From NCBI RefSeq assembly GCF_006345805.1, contig NC_043004.1, positions 95,604,001-95,668,000 of the forward strand: DNA of 64,000 bases, read 5' to 3'. Shown here piece by piece: positions 1 through 12,499 of this stretch. A program made the position numbers and the translations under genes. The notes beneath the pieces were generated by a model. That model ran no database searches. It saw nothing but the letters and a program-made list of their open reading frames with translations, and was not told where the DNA came from. Every line of letters starts with the position of its first letter. Positions within the stretch are counted from its first letter, which is position 1. This DNA is from Octopus sinensis (lineage: Eukaryota).

Positions 1-290
1 GTTTCTACAGCTGGATGCCCTTCCTAACGCCAACCACTCCGTGAGTGTAGTGGGTGCTTTTTACGTGCCACCTGCACAGGTGCCAGGCGAGGCTGGCAAC
101 GGCCACGATCGGCTTGGTGTATTTTATGTGCCACCGGCACGGAAGTCAGTCGAGGCGGCGCTGGCATCGGCCACGAGTCGGATAGTGCTTTTTACGTACC
201 ACCAGACCAGGTATCCTGGCTGGTTCAATTCGATTTCGATTTCGCTTGCCCCAACATGTCTTCGCAAGCAAAGGGGGTTGGCATGGGTGC
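1..290 (-). mobile_element. RTE-associated 3'-UTR-type interspersed repeat (partial)
   Basis: Reverse complement of GGTTGGCGTTAGGAAGGGCATCCAGCTGTAGAAAC; the same motif follows an RTE C-terminus at 12975-13505 and recurs at 9873, 12690 and 23140. Confidence 0.6.
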
Positions 291-313
291 CATATATATA
301 TTTCTTCACTATA

Positions 314-511
314 TAGAGGGGACAAATAAGGACAGACAAAGGGACTAAGTCGATTACATTGACCCCAGTGCAAAACTGGTATTTTATTTATCGACTCCGA
401 AAGGATGAAAGGCAAAGTCGACCTTGGTGGAATTTGAACTCAGAACGTAACGACAGACAAAATACCGCTAAGCATTTCGCCTGGCATGCTAACGTTTCTG
501 CCAGCTCGCCT

Positions 512-512
<1 letters not shown>
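314..512 (-). mobile_element. tRNA-headed SINE, family B
   Basis: Reverse complement aligns by eye to the full copy at 60906-61142 (GGCGAGCTGGCAGAAACGTTAGCA...CTTTCATCCTTTCGG..TCGATAAAT..TACCAG). Confidence 0.85.
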
Positions 513-529
<17 letters not shown>

Positions 530-544
<15 letters not shown>

Positions 545-764
545 ATATGTATGTGTGTCTGTGTTTGTCCTCCCCCCCAACATCGCTTGACAACCGATGC
601 TGGTGTGTTTACGTCCCCGTCACTTAGCAGTTCGGCAAGAAAGACCGATAGAATAAGTACTAGGCTTCCAAAGAATAAGTCCTGGGGTCGATTTGCTCAA
701 CTAAAGGCAGTGCTCCAGCATGGCCACAGTCAAATGACTGAAATAAATAAAAGAATAAAAGAAT
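530..764 (+). mobile_element. SINE family A, 3' half
   Basis: (TG)n followed by TTGACAACCGATGCTGGTGTGTTTACGTCCCCG...CAGTCAAATGACTGAAA tail shared with the copies at 15757 and 30552. Confidence 0.85.
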
Positions 765-880
765 AGCGGAAGCACAACCAATAACAGAATGTATGAGAAG
801 GGGTAACAACATCAAACACAATCCTGTAGCGATGGAGTCCATTGTGTGTCCCGATTTATTTTAATCACAATGTATATATA

Positions 881-1288
881 TACTCTTTTACTCTTTTACT
901 TGTTTCAGTCATTTGACTGCAGCCATGCTGGAGCACCGCCTTTAATCAAACAACTCGACCCCGGGACTTATTCTTTTGTAAGCCCAGTACTTATTCTATC
1001 GGTCTCTTTTGCCGAACCGCTAAGTGGCGAGGACGTAAACACACCAGCATCGGTTGTCAAGCAATGCTAGGGGGACAAACACAGACACACAACCACACGC
1101 ACATATATATATATACATATATACGACAGGCTTCTTTCAGTTTCCGTCTACCAAACCCACTCACAAGGCATTGGTCGGCCCGGGGCTATAGCAGAAAACA
1201 CTTGCCCAAGATGCCACGCAGTGGGACTGAACCCGGAACCATGTGGTTGGTTAGCAAGCTACTTACCACACAGCCACTCCTGCGCCTA
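881..1288 (-). mobile_element. SINE family A, full length (tRNA-like head, internal microsatellite, (AAAAGAGT)n tail)
   Basis: Near-identical reverse complement of 15757-16168; head has Pol III A-box-like (TGGCTGTGTGGT) and B-box-like (GGTTCAGTCCC) motifs. Confidence 0.9.
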
Positions 1289-2207
1289 TATATACAAAAA
1301 AAAAAAACCGGATGAGTCCACTTAAAATTCACACATGCCAGGTTTTAATTATTTAAACAAAAATACACCATTTGTAATATATTCATTAGGATTTCAATAC
1401 ATGACACTGTGTAACATAACATAAGCAGGCTCAATGTCTGTGTTAACAACAAATAGAAACAACTTTACCATTAGTATTTTTACTTACATTCATTTATCTC
1501 TGCTTCTGTCCATCACCCACTCTCTTTTGCCATCTTCATCTGTATTACTATCTCATCATGCAGCATATATGTTTTCTATTCAAACTCCTCACCAACAACC
1601 AGTATGCAGCTGCCACTGTTACTTTATTGCACCATCGCCTACCATCCTATTACCTTCTTTTTCCTATCACACTCATACCTACAGTCTCTCTTCTCATCAC
1701 AATCCTAGTCTTGTTTCCATTAAAAAAAGTTGTAACAACAAGGAGTAGAGAGGATTTGAGTGCTCTCTAGCACTGTTTTCCCAATCAAAATCTCTCTTCA
1801 AAGTGGGTGGTGATGATGATGAAGATGAGGATGATTTACCAGAGCTAGCAAAAGAAAGGACTGATGGAAAAGGAGAAGGAAAAAGTAATCAAATAACCTG
1901 AAGTTATTTTGTAAAATAATCCCAATAATTAATTAGTACAGTAATGATTTTAATAAGATTGATAGACTGACTGGGATTATAGATTGCAAAGCTGAATGTT
2001 TCAAAGGACTTAGTGTTATCTCTCTACACTGAACTTGTAAATTTTAATTCAACAAGAATTCAATTCAACCTGGATCTCTTTGGAGTCAAGGCATCAAAAG
2101 TATCTTTACCAATTAGTTAAGAGAGTAATTAATTGAATTAACAATATATTCTTTCCCAACAAGTTTAAGTTCTTGTGGTAGAAGAATACAGCATCTGTGA
2201 GTCACTG

Positions 2208-2590
2208 TTTGTTAGTGAAAGCATGTGGCTTAGTGGATAGGGTAATTGACTTATGATTGTAAGGTTCAATTGTTAGTGAAAGCATGTGGCTTAGTGGATA
2301 GGGTAATTGACTTATGATTGTAAGTTCAATTCCCAGTGGTGCATTGTGTCCTTGGGCAAGACATTTTATTTCACGTTGCTCCAGTCCACTCAGGTGGAAA
2401 AAATGAGTTGTACTTGTAATTCAAAGGGCCGTCCTTGTCATATTCTGTGTCATGATGAATTGCCATGAGAACTACATTCATGAGTACATGTGTCTGTGGA
2501 GTACTCAGCCACTTGCACGTTAATTTCATGAGCAAGCTGTTCCATTGATTGGATCAACTCAAACTCTCATCATCATAACCGATGGAGTGT
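2208..2590 (+). mobile_element. SINE family C, decayed, with tandemly duplicated ~61-bp head
   Basis: TTGTTAGTGAAAGCATGTGGCTTAGTGGATAGGG occurs twice (about 2208 and 2269); 3' part matches the reverse complement of 8519-8700 and 27147-27320. Confidence 0.75.
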
Positions 2591-4528
2591 CAGTATCAGT
2601 GTTGGTGAATGAATATTTTCCAGGTAACTCAATGGCCTTCTTTTAGATGTGTTGAGGATGTTTGAGTGTGTAGCAACAGAAATGTTGAGCAATAATCCAA
2701 TTCAAGCTTTAATCCTGTTTTTAAATAAACTTCATACTAATCATAATTATCCATTGGGTCAGGAGACACGTAAGAGATTAATCTTCTCATAAACAGGATG
2801 TGAGTCAAACACAGATAATTCTGGAAAGCCTGTTTCCATGCTTCCTACATAAAGAAAGAAAAAAAAGTTAGATTACTTCTTAGAAACAACAAAATACAAA
2901 GAGCTGACTTGAAAACCTTATCTAAGGATTTTCAGTTTAAAATATTATCTACTCAATCATTTCATCACTAAACTGAAGACTACTTCAAGTCAATGTGGAA
3001 GCCTCTGGTGGATTGCTCACTCTGACAGAAATAGCAGTTACATCTCCCTCATATCACACTTTGTTATCTTAAGAAAGGATTATAATGGATAATATAGTTC
3101 TAGATTTATTATGTCTAAAAAAAATGATTGGCTAGTCAGAGCTGGAATACCATTGATCATAGATCTGTCCATGACTTGGGCTTAAACCACAATGGCAAGA
3201 CCACCCAGACTTACAAGATATCAAATAAGGTCCGGGCTTGTGTGGTCATCAAGATTGGAATTGTAAATCAAAACAAAAATTTATTTCTTTGCATTAGCAT
3301 GTTAATATTGGAATTCTTAACTTTTGACTCATTGAAACTATTCCAGGAAGGATAGAAATAAAATGAATCCAAGAATGTTTAAACTTTTTCATTTTTCAAA
3401 TATTTTGGTTTTTAAAAATATAAGAATTTGTTTTATACATAAAAAAATGATTTACAAGCATTGATCTTAGAATCCAAATGCATTGAATTTAATTGATTAA
3501 AACTATATAAAAATACATTCAAATTATTTAATTTCCATTTCAAAATATTTCAAGATTATTAAGAATTTATCATAAAGAAATTTAATTTCAAAATTTAATT
3601 ATGAAAATAAATATACAAATAAAAAATGGATTTCTTTTGGGAGGGCTAAATATTTCCCCTTTACCAAGTTCTTTCGAAATAATTCCATGGGAAATTCTTG
3701 TGTTGTAATATGGCTGTTATGCTTCACATTCTTTTTTCCTTCCTGTTATTTCTATTTTCAAGCAAGAATTAGTCATTTCATGAAATGAGGCTGCAATAAA
3801 ATAGAACAAAAACAAAACAAGAATTTTCTGAACAAACAAAATTCTCCTATGTCTAAGATAAGAACCCTCTTTCAATGGAAAGGACATTTTATTTGTCTCT
3901 ACTCTTAATAGATTTCATGGGAAATCACATTCCTTAACAGATTTTACATCTCACTTGGCCCAGGGTTCATTTTTCTTTTTCTTTTTGGAATGACAAATTA
4001 AAGCACACATAGCCTTCTCTGGTTAATGGCCATTTACAGCAGTTCTATGACTAAGCTCCTAATATTCGGTTGACAGATGAACCTGCCAAAATGCATCAAA
4101 CCATGTTGCAGCTGCTATAAGTTATAAGTAGTAAAAATCAAACGATAGATTTGCTTTGATGTAAAATGGTGATTATTCTGGCAACAATTTTATGCCAAAA
4201 TTCATTACCAGTGAGATGAAAAAAATTCATATGAAGGGCATGGTTCAGTGAATGATCCTCAAAAGAAAGTGATGACTGGCAGTGAAATGGGTTTGCTGGA
4301 TCATGCATCGTCTGACCTCATCTTTCTCATGAGATCCAAAGTCAATGAACTAAAAACTCAGAGTGATTCAGTGAAGTATTGTCAAGAGAATGTATGTTAG
4401 TTCCCTGATAAAACAGAACGATCTAAGTAAATATGGTAAATGGGTTTCCATATTAAAAGAACCTTCCAAACTATTGGAAACACAAGGCAGAATATGACAA
4501 TTTTAACTTTCTTCCATGTTGTGCACAT

Positions 4529-4559
<31 letters not shown>

Positions 4560-6036
4560 GTATTTTATTATTTTTTTATTTTTATTTTTTTTTTATGTGG
4601 AGTGGAAGAAGAGTGTTTCCATTATATCTCTAGGGAAGGAGTCCAGGATTAAAAATCAATTTGAAGAATTAGTCAATTTGTGCTCTGAAATCTTTAGAAT
4701 AACATTTGCTGAAAGTCCTGATTTTTCTCATTATCAGAACATTTCATTCCTCCTGGACATGATTTCCTTTTGAAAGTTTGTCTCTCTCTTCCATGTTGAT
4801 TTCTGCTAAATGTAATCACGTTAAATTTGTTTGCTTTAGACATTGAAATTTAGGTCAAATGTCTCCATTATTTTAAAAATGAATTCTAAAACAAAAGAAA
4901 TAATTCCTCATTTAAACAAGAGGAGACACTGACTCATCACTTTCACTGCTACATTTAAATTTCCTTCTTTATTAATTTTTCTAAAAAACAAAAAGTTACT
5001 TCTATGGAATAATGTTTAATTCCTCAACACTTCAAAAATGCTCAGTCGATATTTTGCTTTATTTTGAAAGAAAAGAGAGTCAAGCTTCTACAAGCATTAA
5101 TTTCACCCCACCTCAAGTATGCAATATTGTTTTATAAACAGTTTTTCTATGTTTTCTTTCCATTTCTTTTACAGATTTTGCCATTTAAATACAAATTGGT
5201 TTAAGATAGAAAAAGAAACAGCAATAAAAATGAAGTTAAACATATAAAAAACACACATGCAAATACTGTCAAAGGAACATATTTAGGCATTATTCTAAAT
5301 AATTTAAACTGAATACATTTCAATATGACTAAACTAAAATGAGTTATTTTCAAAAGACTATTTTCACACAAAAACATATTCAATGACTTTTTTTCTTTCA
5401 CTACATTTTTTTTCTTCTTTTTCATTCAATGTCCGTTAAAGATGGCAATATTTAAAGTTTTCAAATCTTTCAAGATTTATAATGGGATTTCAGTAAATAT
5501 CTGACAGAAAATTATTAGGCAAATTATATTTAACTCATTGACAGGCTAGGTTTGATGTAAACATACTTGCCTATGCAACGACAAGAAAATGTAATGCATG
5601 TCTTTTTTTGTTTTTTTTTTTGTTTTGTTCTTTTTTTTCACCTGTGAGTAATGAGGAAGTTAATAAAATTTCTGTCAGGGAGTGTCATCTAGATATTATA
5701 TATTTTATGTTATTTAATATAACATATATATATATATATATATTCAATATATATATCTATGTGTATCTGAATTAACATTTGCACAACATGTGGCATGTTG
5801 GATAAATGAACGCTAAATTATCAATATGTAGAGGTGTGCTGGGTACATGAATATAAAAATAGCAATACAGAAAAATATAATATAAGATGAATCCAGGAGA
5901 AAATCACTGACAGAAGCTGTAATGCACTACAAAAGATAAACTGGGGTTTTCAGAAAATTACCATTTTTAAAATCAAAGATGCTAGAGTGTAAAAAAAATA
6001 ATCTAAGATTTAATATCTTCTTACCAAATGATTGAG

Positions 6037-6471
6037 CTCTTTTACTTGTTTCAGTCATTTGACTGTGGCCATGCTGGAGCACCGCCTTTAGTAGAGCAAA
6101 CTGACCCCCAGGACTTATTCTTTGTAAGCCTAGTACTTATTCTATCGGCCTCCTTTACTGATCCACTAAGTTACGGGGATGTAAACACACCAGCATCGGT
6201 TGTCAAGCGATGCTGGGGGGACAAACACAGACACACAAACACACAAGCACACACAAACACACACACACACACATACACAAATATATACATATATATATAC
6301 ATATATACGACGGGCTTTCTTCAGTTTCCATCTACTAAATCCACTCACAAGGTTTGGTCAGCCTGAGGCTATAGTAGAAGACACTTGCCCAAGTTTCCAT
6401 GCAATGGGACTGAACCTGGAACCATGTGGTTGGTAAGCAAGCTACATACCACACAGCCACTCCTATGTCTA
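6037..6471 (-). mobile_element. SINE family A, full length, CpG-decayed
   Basis: Aligns to 881-1288 with many CG>TG/CA changes. Confidence 0.9.
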
Positions 6472-6587
6472 TGAATAATTTACCATGATTGTGTGTATCT
6501 ATCTATCTATCTATCTATTTATCCCCCTACTGCCTCCCTCTCACTATCCCCTCTCCCACTTTCTACATCTCACTCTCTCTGTATTGT

Positions 6588-6835
6588 GGAGGCATGTGGC
6601 TTAGTGGTTAGGGTGTCGACATCATGATCATAAGATCGTGGTTCCGATTCCTGGACCGGGCGACATGTTGTGTTCTTGAGCAAAACACTTCATTTCAAGT
6701 TGCTCCAGTCCACTCAGCTGGCAAAAATTAGTAACACTGTGATGGACTGGCGTCACATCCAGCTGGGGAACACATACGCCATAGAAACCGGGAAACCGGG
6801 CCCATGAGCCTTGCTAGGCTTTAAAAGGACACATT
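6588..6835 (+). mobile_element. tRNA-headed SINE, family D
   Basis: GGAGGCATGTGGCTTAGTGGTTAGG A-box-like head, GGTTCCGATTCC B-box-like motif, central GATGGACTGGCGTC..ATCCAG block and AGAAACCGGGAAACCGGGCCC 3' part. Confidence 0.75.
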
Positions 6836-7024
6836 TATTATTTTTTACTCTCTATGTATCTATCTGTCTATAGATGTGTGTTGTGTTGTGTTGTGTGTAT
6901 GTGTGTGTGTATGTACATATATCCTCTCAATCAAGGGGTATTGTCTTGTGAGCTACTTGGCAATCTCATTGGTGTTGGTTACACTAAAAAAAACCACCCT
7001 TTACCCTCCACTGGCTAATCATGA

Positions 7025-7666
7025 CACCAGCACCTGTTCAGAACTGACTTTCTGTATATCACTGGTGGGGAGGTGAATCACTGCTATCTCTAGCAGTTTG
7101 AACGTTCATCACTGATGAGAACAAGATAGGTTGAAATCATATGATCTGGTAGTTTTGGTACTGAAGATGGTATGGATTAATCTCCCCGCTAGTGATTTAA
7201 ATAATCATGCATTTTGCACCGAAAGCCTATATGAGAGTTTCTCACATGATATCTACTACAGTAAAGTTCATTCTAACAGAACACCCATGTTTCAGAGGGA
7301 ATAAATGTTACCTCTCAGTTTTACTACTGCTTCTCTCACTAATATATGTTTTCTGACAAGCTCACTGGTTAATCGTAACTCCAGCACCAGTTCTGGCACT
7401 GATCTTCTATATATCCCTGTCAGGGAGGTGAGTCATTGCTATCTCTAGCAGCCAAGTGTCCATCACTGATGAGACCAAGGGAAGTCAAAATCACATGATC
7501 TGGTGGTCTAGGTGCTGGAGTTGGTAGGGATTTATGTCCCTGCATGCAATATAAACAATAAGGCATTTTGCTCCAAAAGACTATGTGAGTGTTTCTTTCA
7601 TTGTATCTATCACAGCAAAGTTTGATCTAACGGAACATCCACATTTAAGTGGGAATAAATATCACC
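7025..7666. repeat. Diverged head-to-tail dimer, period about 357 bp
   Basis: GGGAGGTGA(A/G)TCA(C/T)TGCTATCTCTAGCAG..CATCACTGATGAGA occurs at about 7068 and 7423; GGGAATAAAT.T.ACC at about 7297 and 7651. Confidence 0.7.
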
Positions 7667-7846
7667 ATCATGAAGTAGTTGCTAATAGGAATGGAAACCC
7701 ATCTATAGAAACTATGCCAAAACAATCACTGGAGTCTGATGAAGTCAGGTCCTGTCAAACCATCCAACTCATGCCAAGATGATGATGATGATGATGATGA
7801 TGATATTTATTTGTTTAATGAGGGAGACAGAAGATGGAAGATATGA

Positions 7847-8185
7847 GAATATTTATTGATCACAACAATTGTTTCCATTCAACATAGTTCACCAGGCATG
7901 CAGGTACTTGATTATGTAACTGTTTCCCGGCATTATGAGATCTAGTTGTGATTCCTCAGGTGATAATGGTCCTTCAGCAACAATGCCCCATGATAAACTC
8001 AGTGATTACTACTAAAATGTTCTTGAAGCTGAGAATGTGAACTTATGGAGACGATAATTACATATCACCTGAGGAAACACAACTAGTTCTCATAATACAG
8101 GGAAACAGTTACATAATCTAGTACCTGCACACTTGGAGAACTATGTTGCATCGAAAAAATTGTTGTGATTAAAAAATAAATATTC
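7847..8185. mobile_element. Foldback/MITE-like element with ~120-bp imperfect inverted arms
   Basis: 7847-7965 is the reverse complement of 8063-8185 with scattered mismatches. Confidence 0.8.
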
Positions 8186-8518
8186 AACCATACCCCTACT
8201 TGTTGACTTCAAATTTTTTCAATTATTTATTCACACAACATGCCAAAACAAAACCCTGGAAGTACATATAATACTACTAGTGTCTAGCACAGGGTGGAAT
8301 CTGAAGGTGAGCGAGCTTTATGCTGTACTCTACTACAGTCATAACAGAAAATACCATAACTATATATATATATATATATATATATAAGTATTTTCTTTTT
8401 TAAAATAGGATAAAATCTTTATAAGAAATTATCAAGTAGTTAGCGTGAAAAACCTTCTAAGAGAAAAAATCTGTAAATTTTTTCAACTTTGAAAATACTT
8501 ATTTATATCATATTAAGG

Positions 8519-8832
8519 AAGCACTCCGTCGGTTACGATGATGAGGGTTCCGGTTGATCCAATCAACGGAACAGCCTGCTCGTGAAATTAATGTGTAAGT
8601 GGCTGAGCACTCCACAGACACATGTACCCTTACCGTAGTTCTCGGGGATATTCAGCGTGACACACAGAGTGACAAGGCCGGCCCTTTGAAATACAGGTAC
8701 AACAGAAACAGGAAGTAAGAGTGAGAGAAAGTTGTGGTGAAAGAGTACAGCAGGGATCACTACCATCCCCTGCCGGAGCCTCGTGGAGCTTTAGGTGTTT
8801 TCGCTCAATAAACACTCACAACGCCCGGTCTG
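8519..8832 (-). mobile_element. SINE family C, 5'-truncated
   Basis: Near-identical to 27147-27450; head missing next to the MITE at 8841. Confidence 0.85.
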
Positions 8833-8840
8833 TTATATCA

Positions 8841-9177
8841 TATAGAGGGTACTATTATTCATAGGTACCGCACGCTAGGAGGGACATTTAAGTCGAAACT
8901 ACTAAAATAAACAAATTGTACCGAATGCAAACTTCAAAGCGAATCATTTAAAAAGAGAATTTAGTTACATATCACCTGTGATTTCGCAATCAATGCAGAA
9001 TATGCATTTTATGCTCTTCAGTGCAACGAACTCAAGACATGTAAGAAAAAACACAACATCACATACCCGACAACCAACCATAGAATTTTGCATTCAGTAC
9101 AATTTGTTTATTTTAGTAGTTTCGCCTTAAATGTCCCTCCTAGCGTGCAGTACCGATGAATAATAGTACCCTCTATA
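8841..9177. mobile_element. MITE with ~90-bp TIRs, TA-flanked (Tc1/mariner-like)
   Basis: TATAGAGGGTACTATTATTCAT..GGTACCGCACGCTAGGAGGGACATTTAAG...GAATGCAAA is mirrored at 9087-9177. Confidence 0.85.
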
Positions 9178-9354
9178 ATATATATATATATATATCATCA
9201 TCGTTTAGTGTCCGATATATATATATAATCAAAATAAGCAACAAGGATATCCAGATATCCTCTAGATATCCTTGTTGTGGTGGTGGTGGTAGTGGTGATG
9301 ATGGTGATGGTGATGATGTTGATGGTGGTGATGGTAATGGTGATGAGGATGATG

Positions 9355-9456
9355 ACCAGTTACGCACTGGGTTGATATAATCAACTTAATCCATTTGTCT
9401 GTCCTTGTTTGTCCCCTCTGTGTGTAGCCTCTTGTGGGTAGTAAAGAAATAGATAT
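9355..9456 (+). mobile_element. SINE family B, 3' half
   Basis: ACCAGTTACGCACTGGG...TGTCCCCTCTGTGTGTAGCCTCTTGTGGGTAGTAAAGAAATAG matches 61040-61140. Confidence 0.8.
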
Positions 9457-9558
9457 GTTATACTATATTATATCATATATTATATTATATTATATTATAT
9501 CATACTATATTATATTATATTTAAAATGTCTGACAGAGATAGAATGAAGACTGTTATT

Positions 9559-9728
9559 CAGTGGTGGACTGGCCAGGTTGTCAGCTTGCCCAATGGCATC
9601 AGAGTCCATATATGAGGGCCCATGCTAGTATGTAAAGGGTCCATGAAAATTAAGTGATTACATTTTATTTGCAATTGGGTCCCCTTTGTCTCCTGGCAAC
9701 CAATATTTTTAGACCCAGTCCACCACTG
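9559..9728. mobile_element. Small MITE with 14-bp TIR (hAT-like termini)
   Basis: CAGTGGTGGACTGG ... CCAGTCCACCACTG; no target-site duplication visible. Confidence 0.6.
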
Positions 9729-9830
9729 CCGGTACTGGCTGGTCATACCTTTCAGTAGTAAAGTCATTGGTATGGAAAAATAGCGCTAAAATGGACGTAC
9801 AGTTAAGATTAATTAATTAATCTTATTCTA

Positions 9831-9870
<40 letters not shown>

Positions 9871-10189
9871 GTAGCTGGTGTTAGGAAGGGCATCCAGTTG
9901 TAGAAACTCTGCCAGATCAGATTGGAACCTGGTGCAGCCATCTGGCTCACCAGTCCCCAGTCAAATAGTCCAACCCATGCCAAGACATGTTTCCATGGAA
10001 GATTAGCAAAAAAGGGCACTGCTTGTATGACAGTGACGCACACACATACACACACACACACATTCTGTAACTGGACGTCCTTCCTAATACCAACCACATG
10101 GGGGAAATATTCTCTACTGTAATTCTGGGCTGGCCAAAACCTTGTCAATGGATTTGGTAACTAGAAACTGAAACAAGCTCGCTGTGCAT

Positions 10190-10368
10190 ACATGGAGAAG
10201 ACGGAGAAGACCACACTACAGGCTACATGGTTGCAAACCATTCTGGAAATCCTGAAAACTAACAAGAGATATTGGGGAAATATGGAAGACCTCACAACTG
10301 ATTGAGGACACTGGAGAAAGGCTTATACTCAATGTGTAGACAAATGAAGGATAGACTGACTTGACTGA
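10190..10368 (+). mobile_element. RTE-clade LINE extreme 3' end
   Basis: Manual translation GRRRRPHYRLHG / WLQTILEILKT..MEDLTTD*GHWRKAY resembles the RTE GRRxRGRPxxRW...DRxxWR C-terminus. Confidence 0.55.
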
Positions 10369-11299
10369 GTATGACAATAGGTACAACTCTAGTCATTCAC
10401 TAGAAATAACTCATCTCAGATGTAGACAGAAAGTACAGATAATAAATAAATAAAGTTCTCTGTGTGGATGGTTATTTATCATCAAGCTGATAATGACTTC
10501 AAAACAGATGAGAAAAAACAGTTGCATTTTGTAAATGAGCAAGCACTATATCTCTTCATTCTTTGAAGAATCTCATTTCATCTTGTAAGAACAAAAGAAC
10601 TCCAGTTCTAGAGAATGTACGATTTTCTATACATACAGGAAATTATATAATTAGGCCAATATTGAAGTCAATAAATTTACTTACACTCGAAATGTAGAAT
10701 CATTATTCATTGATTTCAACAGTAGCTATTTGTAGTGGAGGAGAGCGGAGATATTATGTATAGAATTTTAAAAAAATTAAACGGAAATTACAACTAGAAT
10801 ATACCATAAAAAGAGAAGAAACAAACAAAAGAGAAAGATAATACTGAGATTCATGAAACCATTGCTGATTCAGTATCAAATTGATGGTTAATTGGTCTAA
10901 CCATAACATAAATTGCCTTTCAAAAAATAACCCTAAAAATTATACAGAAACATTAATAAACCTCTGCCTCTCTCTTTCTCTTTCTTTCTTACCCACTCTC
11001 TCTCTCTCTCTCTCTCTTTCCTTATTACTCCCTCTCTTTCTCTTTCCTTATTACTCCCTCTCTTTCTCTCCCTCTCTCTCTCTCTCTTTGAAGCAAATCT
11101 GTCTTTTTCTTTCATTTTGTCATTAATGCATTACTTCATCTCTCACACTACCTTTTCTTGATAAATTAACTACTTCTTGATAGTGACTTCTGTTTTTCCT
11201 TCTCATTAGCTGCTACTGTTTCACATATACTATCTTACTCCTTTGAACCAACTCTCTAACAAACTTCGTCTGTCTTTTTCCAACCACCATCTCTCTCTC

Positions 11300-11348
<49 letters not shown>

Positions 11349-11569
11349 TTATCTATCTCTCTATCAAACATACACACACATACACTTTTTCTCTTTCATT
11401 GTCACAAACTACTGTCTTCCATTCTCAAATGCATACATATAACAACTGACAATGTTTTCATACACTCCTCTTATTGGGGGGAAATAAAAAGCAATGAAAG
11501 TCATAGCATTTAGCTGAAGAAGGAAGCAAACTTAACGAGCACACCAAGAAATTCACAAATGTATCAGTC

Positions 11570-11653
11570 TATATATATATATATATGTGTGTGAGAAAGA
11601 GAGACTATTTATGTGTGTATATATATATATTTAAATATATATATGTGTATGCA

Positions 11654-11718
<65 letters not shown>

Positions 11719-11861
11719 TTATATGTGTATACATATATGTATATATATATATATATATATACATATTTATATGTGTATGCATATATGTATATATATATAT
11801 ACATATTTATATGTGTATGCATATATGTATATATATATATACATATTTATATGTGTATGCA

Positions 11862-11920
<59 letters not shown>

Positions 11921-12057
11921 TTATATGTGTATGCATATATATATATATATATAATATATATATATTATATATATATGTGTGTGTGAGAAAGAGAGAATAT
12001 TCATGTGTGTATATGTATATTTAGATATATATATGTGTATGCATATATGTATATATA

Positions 12058-12093
<36 letters not shown>

Positions 12094-12110
12094 TGTATAT
12101 GTGTATACAC
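11570..12110. repeat. (TA)n-based compound minisatellite
   Basis: Unit TACATATTTATATGTGTATGCATATATGTA+(TA)n repeated several times; GTGTGTGAGAAAGAGAGA occurs at about 11587 and 11980. Confidence 0.85.
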
Positions 12111-12499
12111 ATATATTGATACATGCATGAATGACTGGTTAACATGTTTGTTTGGCAACTCTGATGTCATGGCTTCGATCCCAATGTGCACCATCTTGGC
12201 CAGAGTCTTCACTGCAGCTTTGACTCCTGCCAAGCTATGTGAATAAATTTTGTTAGACAGAAACCAACTAGAAGCCTTTCAATTGGATTTCACCTTATAT
12301 GTGTATAAGGTGCCTGTGAATTGAATGCAGTGTTTATGCACCTTTTAATCAGTGTCAGTGATGTAACTGTAAGTAGATTTTGAAACAGCTGGAACGATAT
12401 GGAATTTAATCTTAGTTGCTTCACACTTCTGGATTTTTACTAATTATTATTATACACTATACACTAGTGTTTCCTGGATTTTTAGACAGATAGGCCTTC

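Noticed and set aside
846-1315. Recurrent ORFs such as LFQSFDC.HAGAPP and FSFRLPNPLTR
   Set aside because: Same SINE A sequence translated at many loci; non-coding repeat.
4200-4480. Faint mariner-like peptides (VMTGSE, KYCQE, GKWVS)
   Set aside because: Motifs out of order and too short to support.
11585-12145. Long YI/CV/HT-rich ORFs (also 16.5-19.8 kb, 28-29 kb, 62.0-62.4 kb)
   Set aside because: Translations of (TA)n/(CA)n microsatellites that lack stops in some frames.
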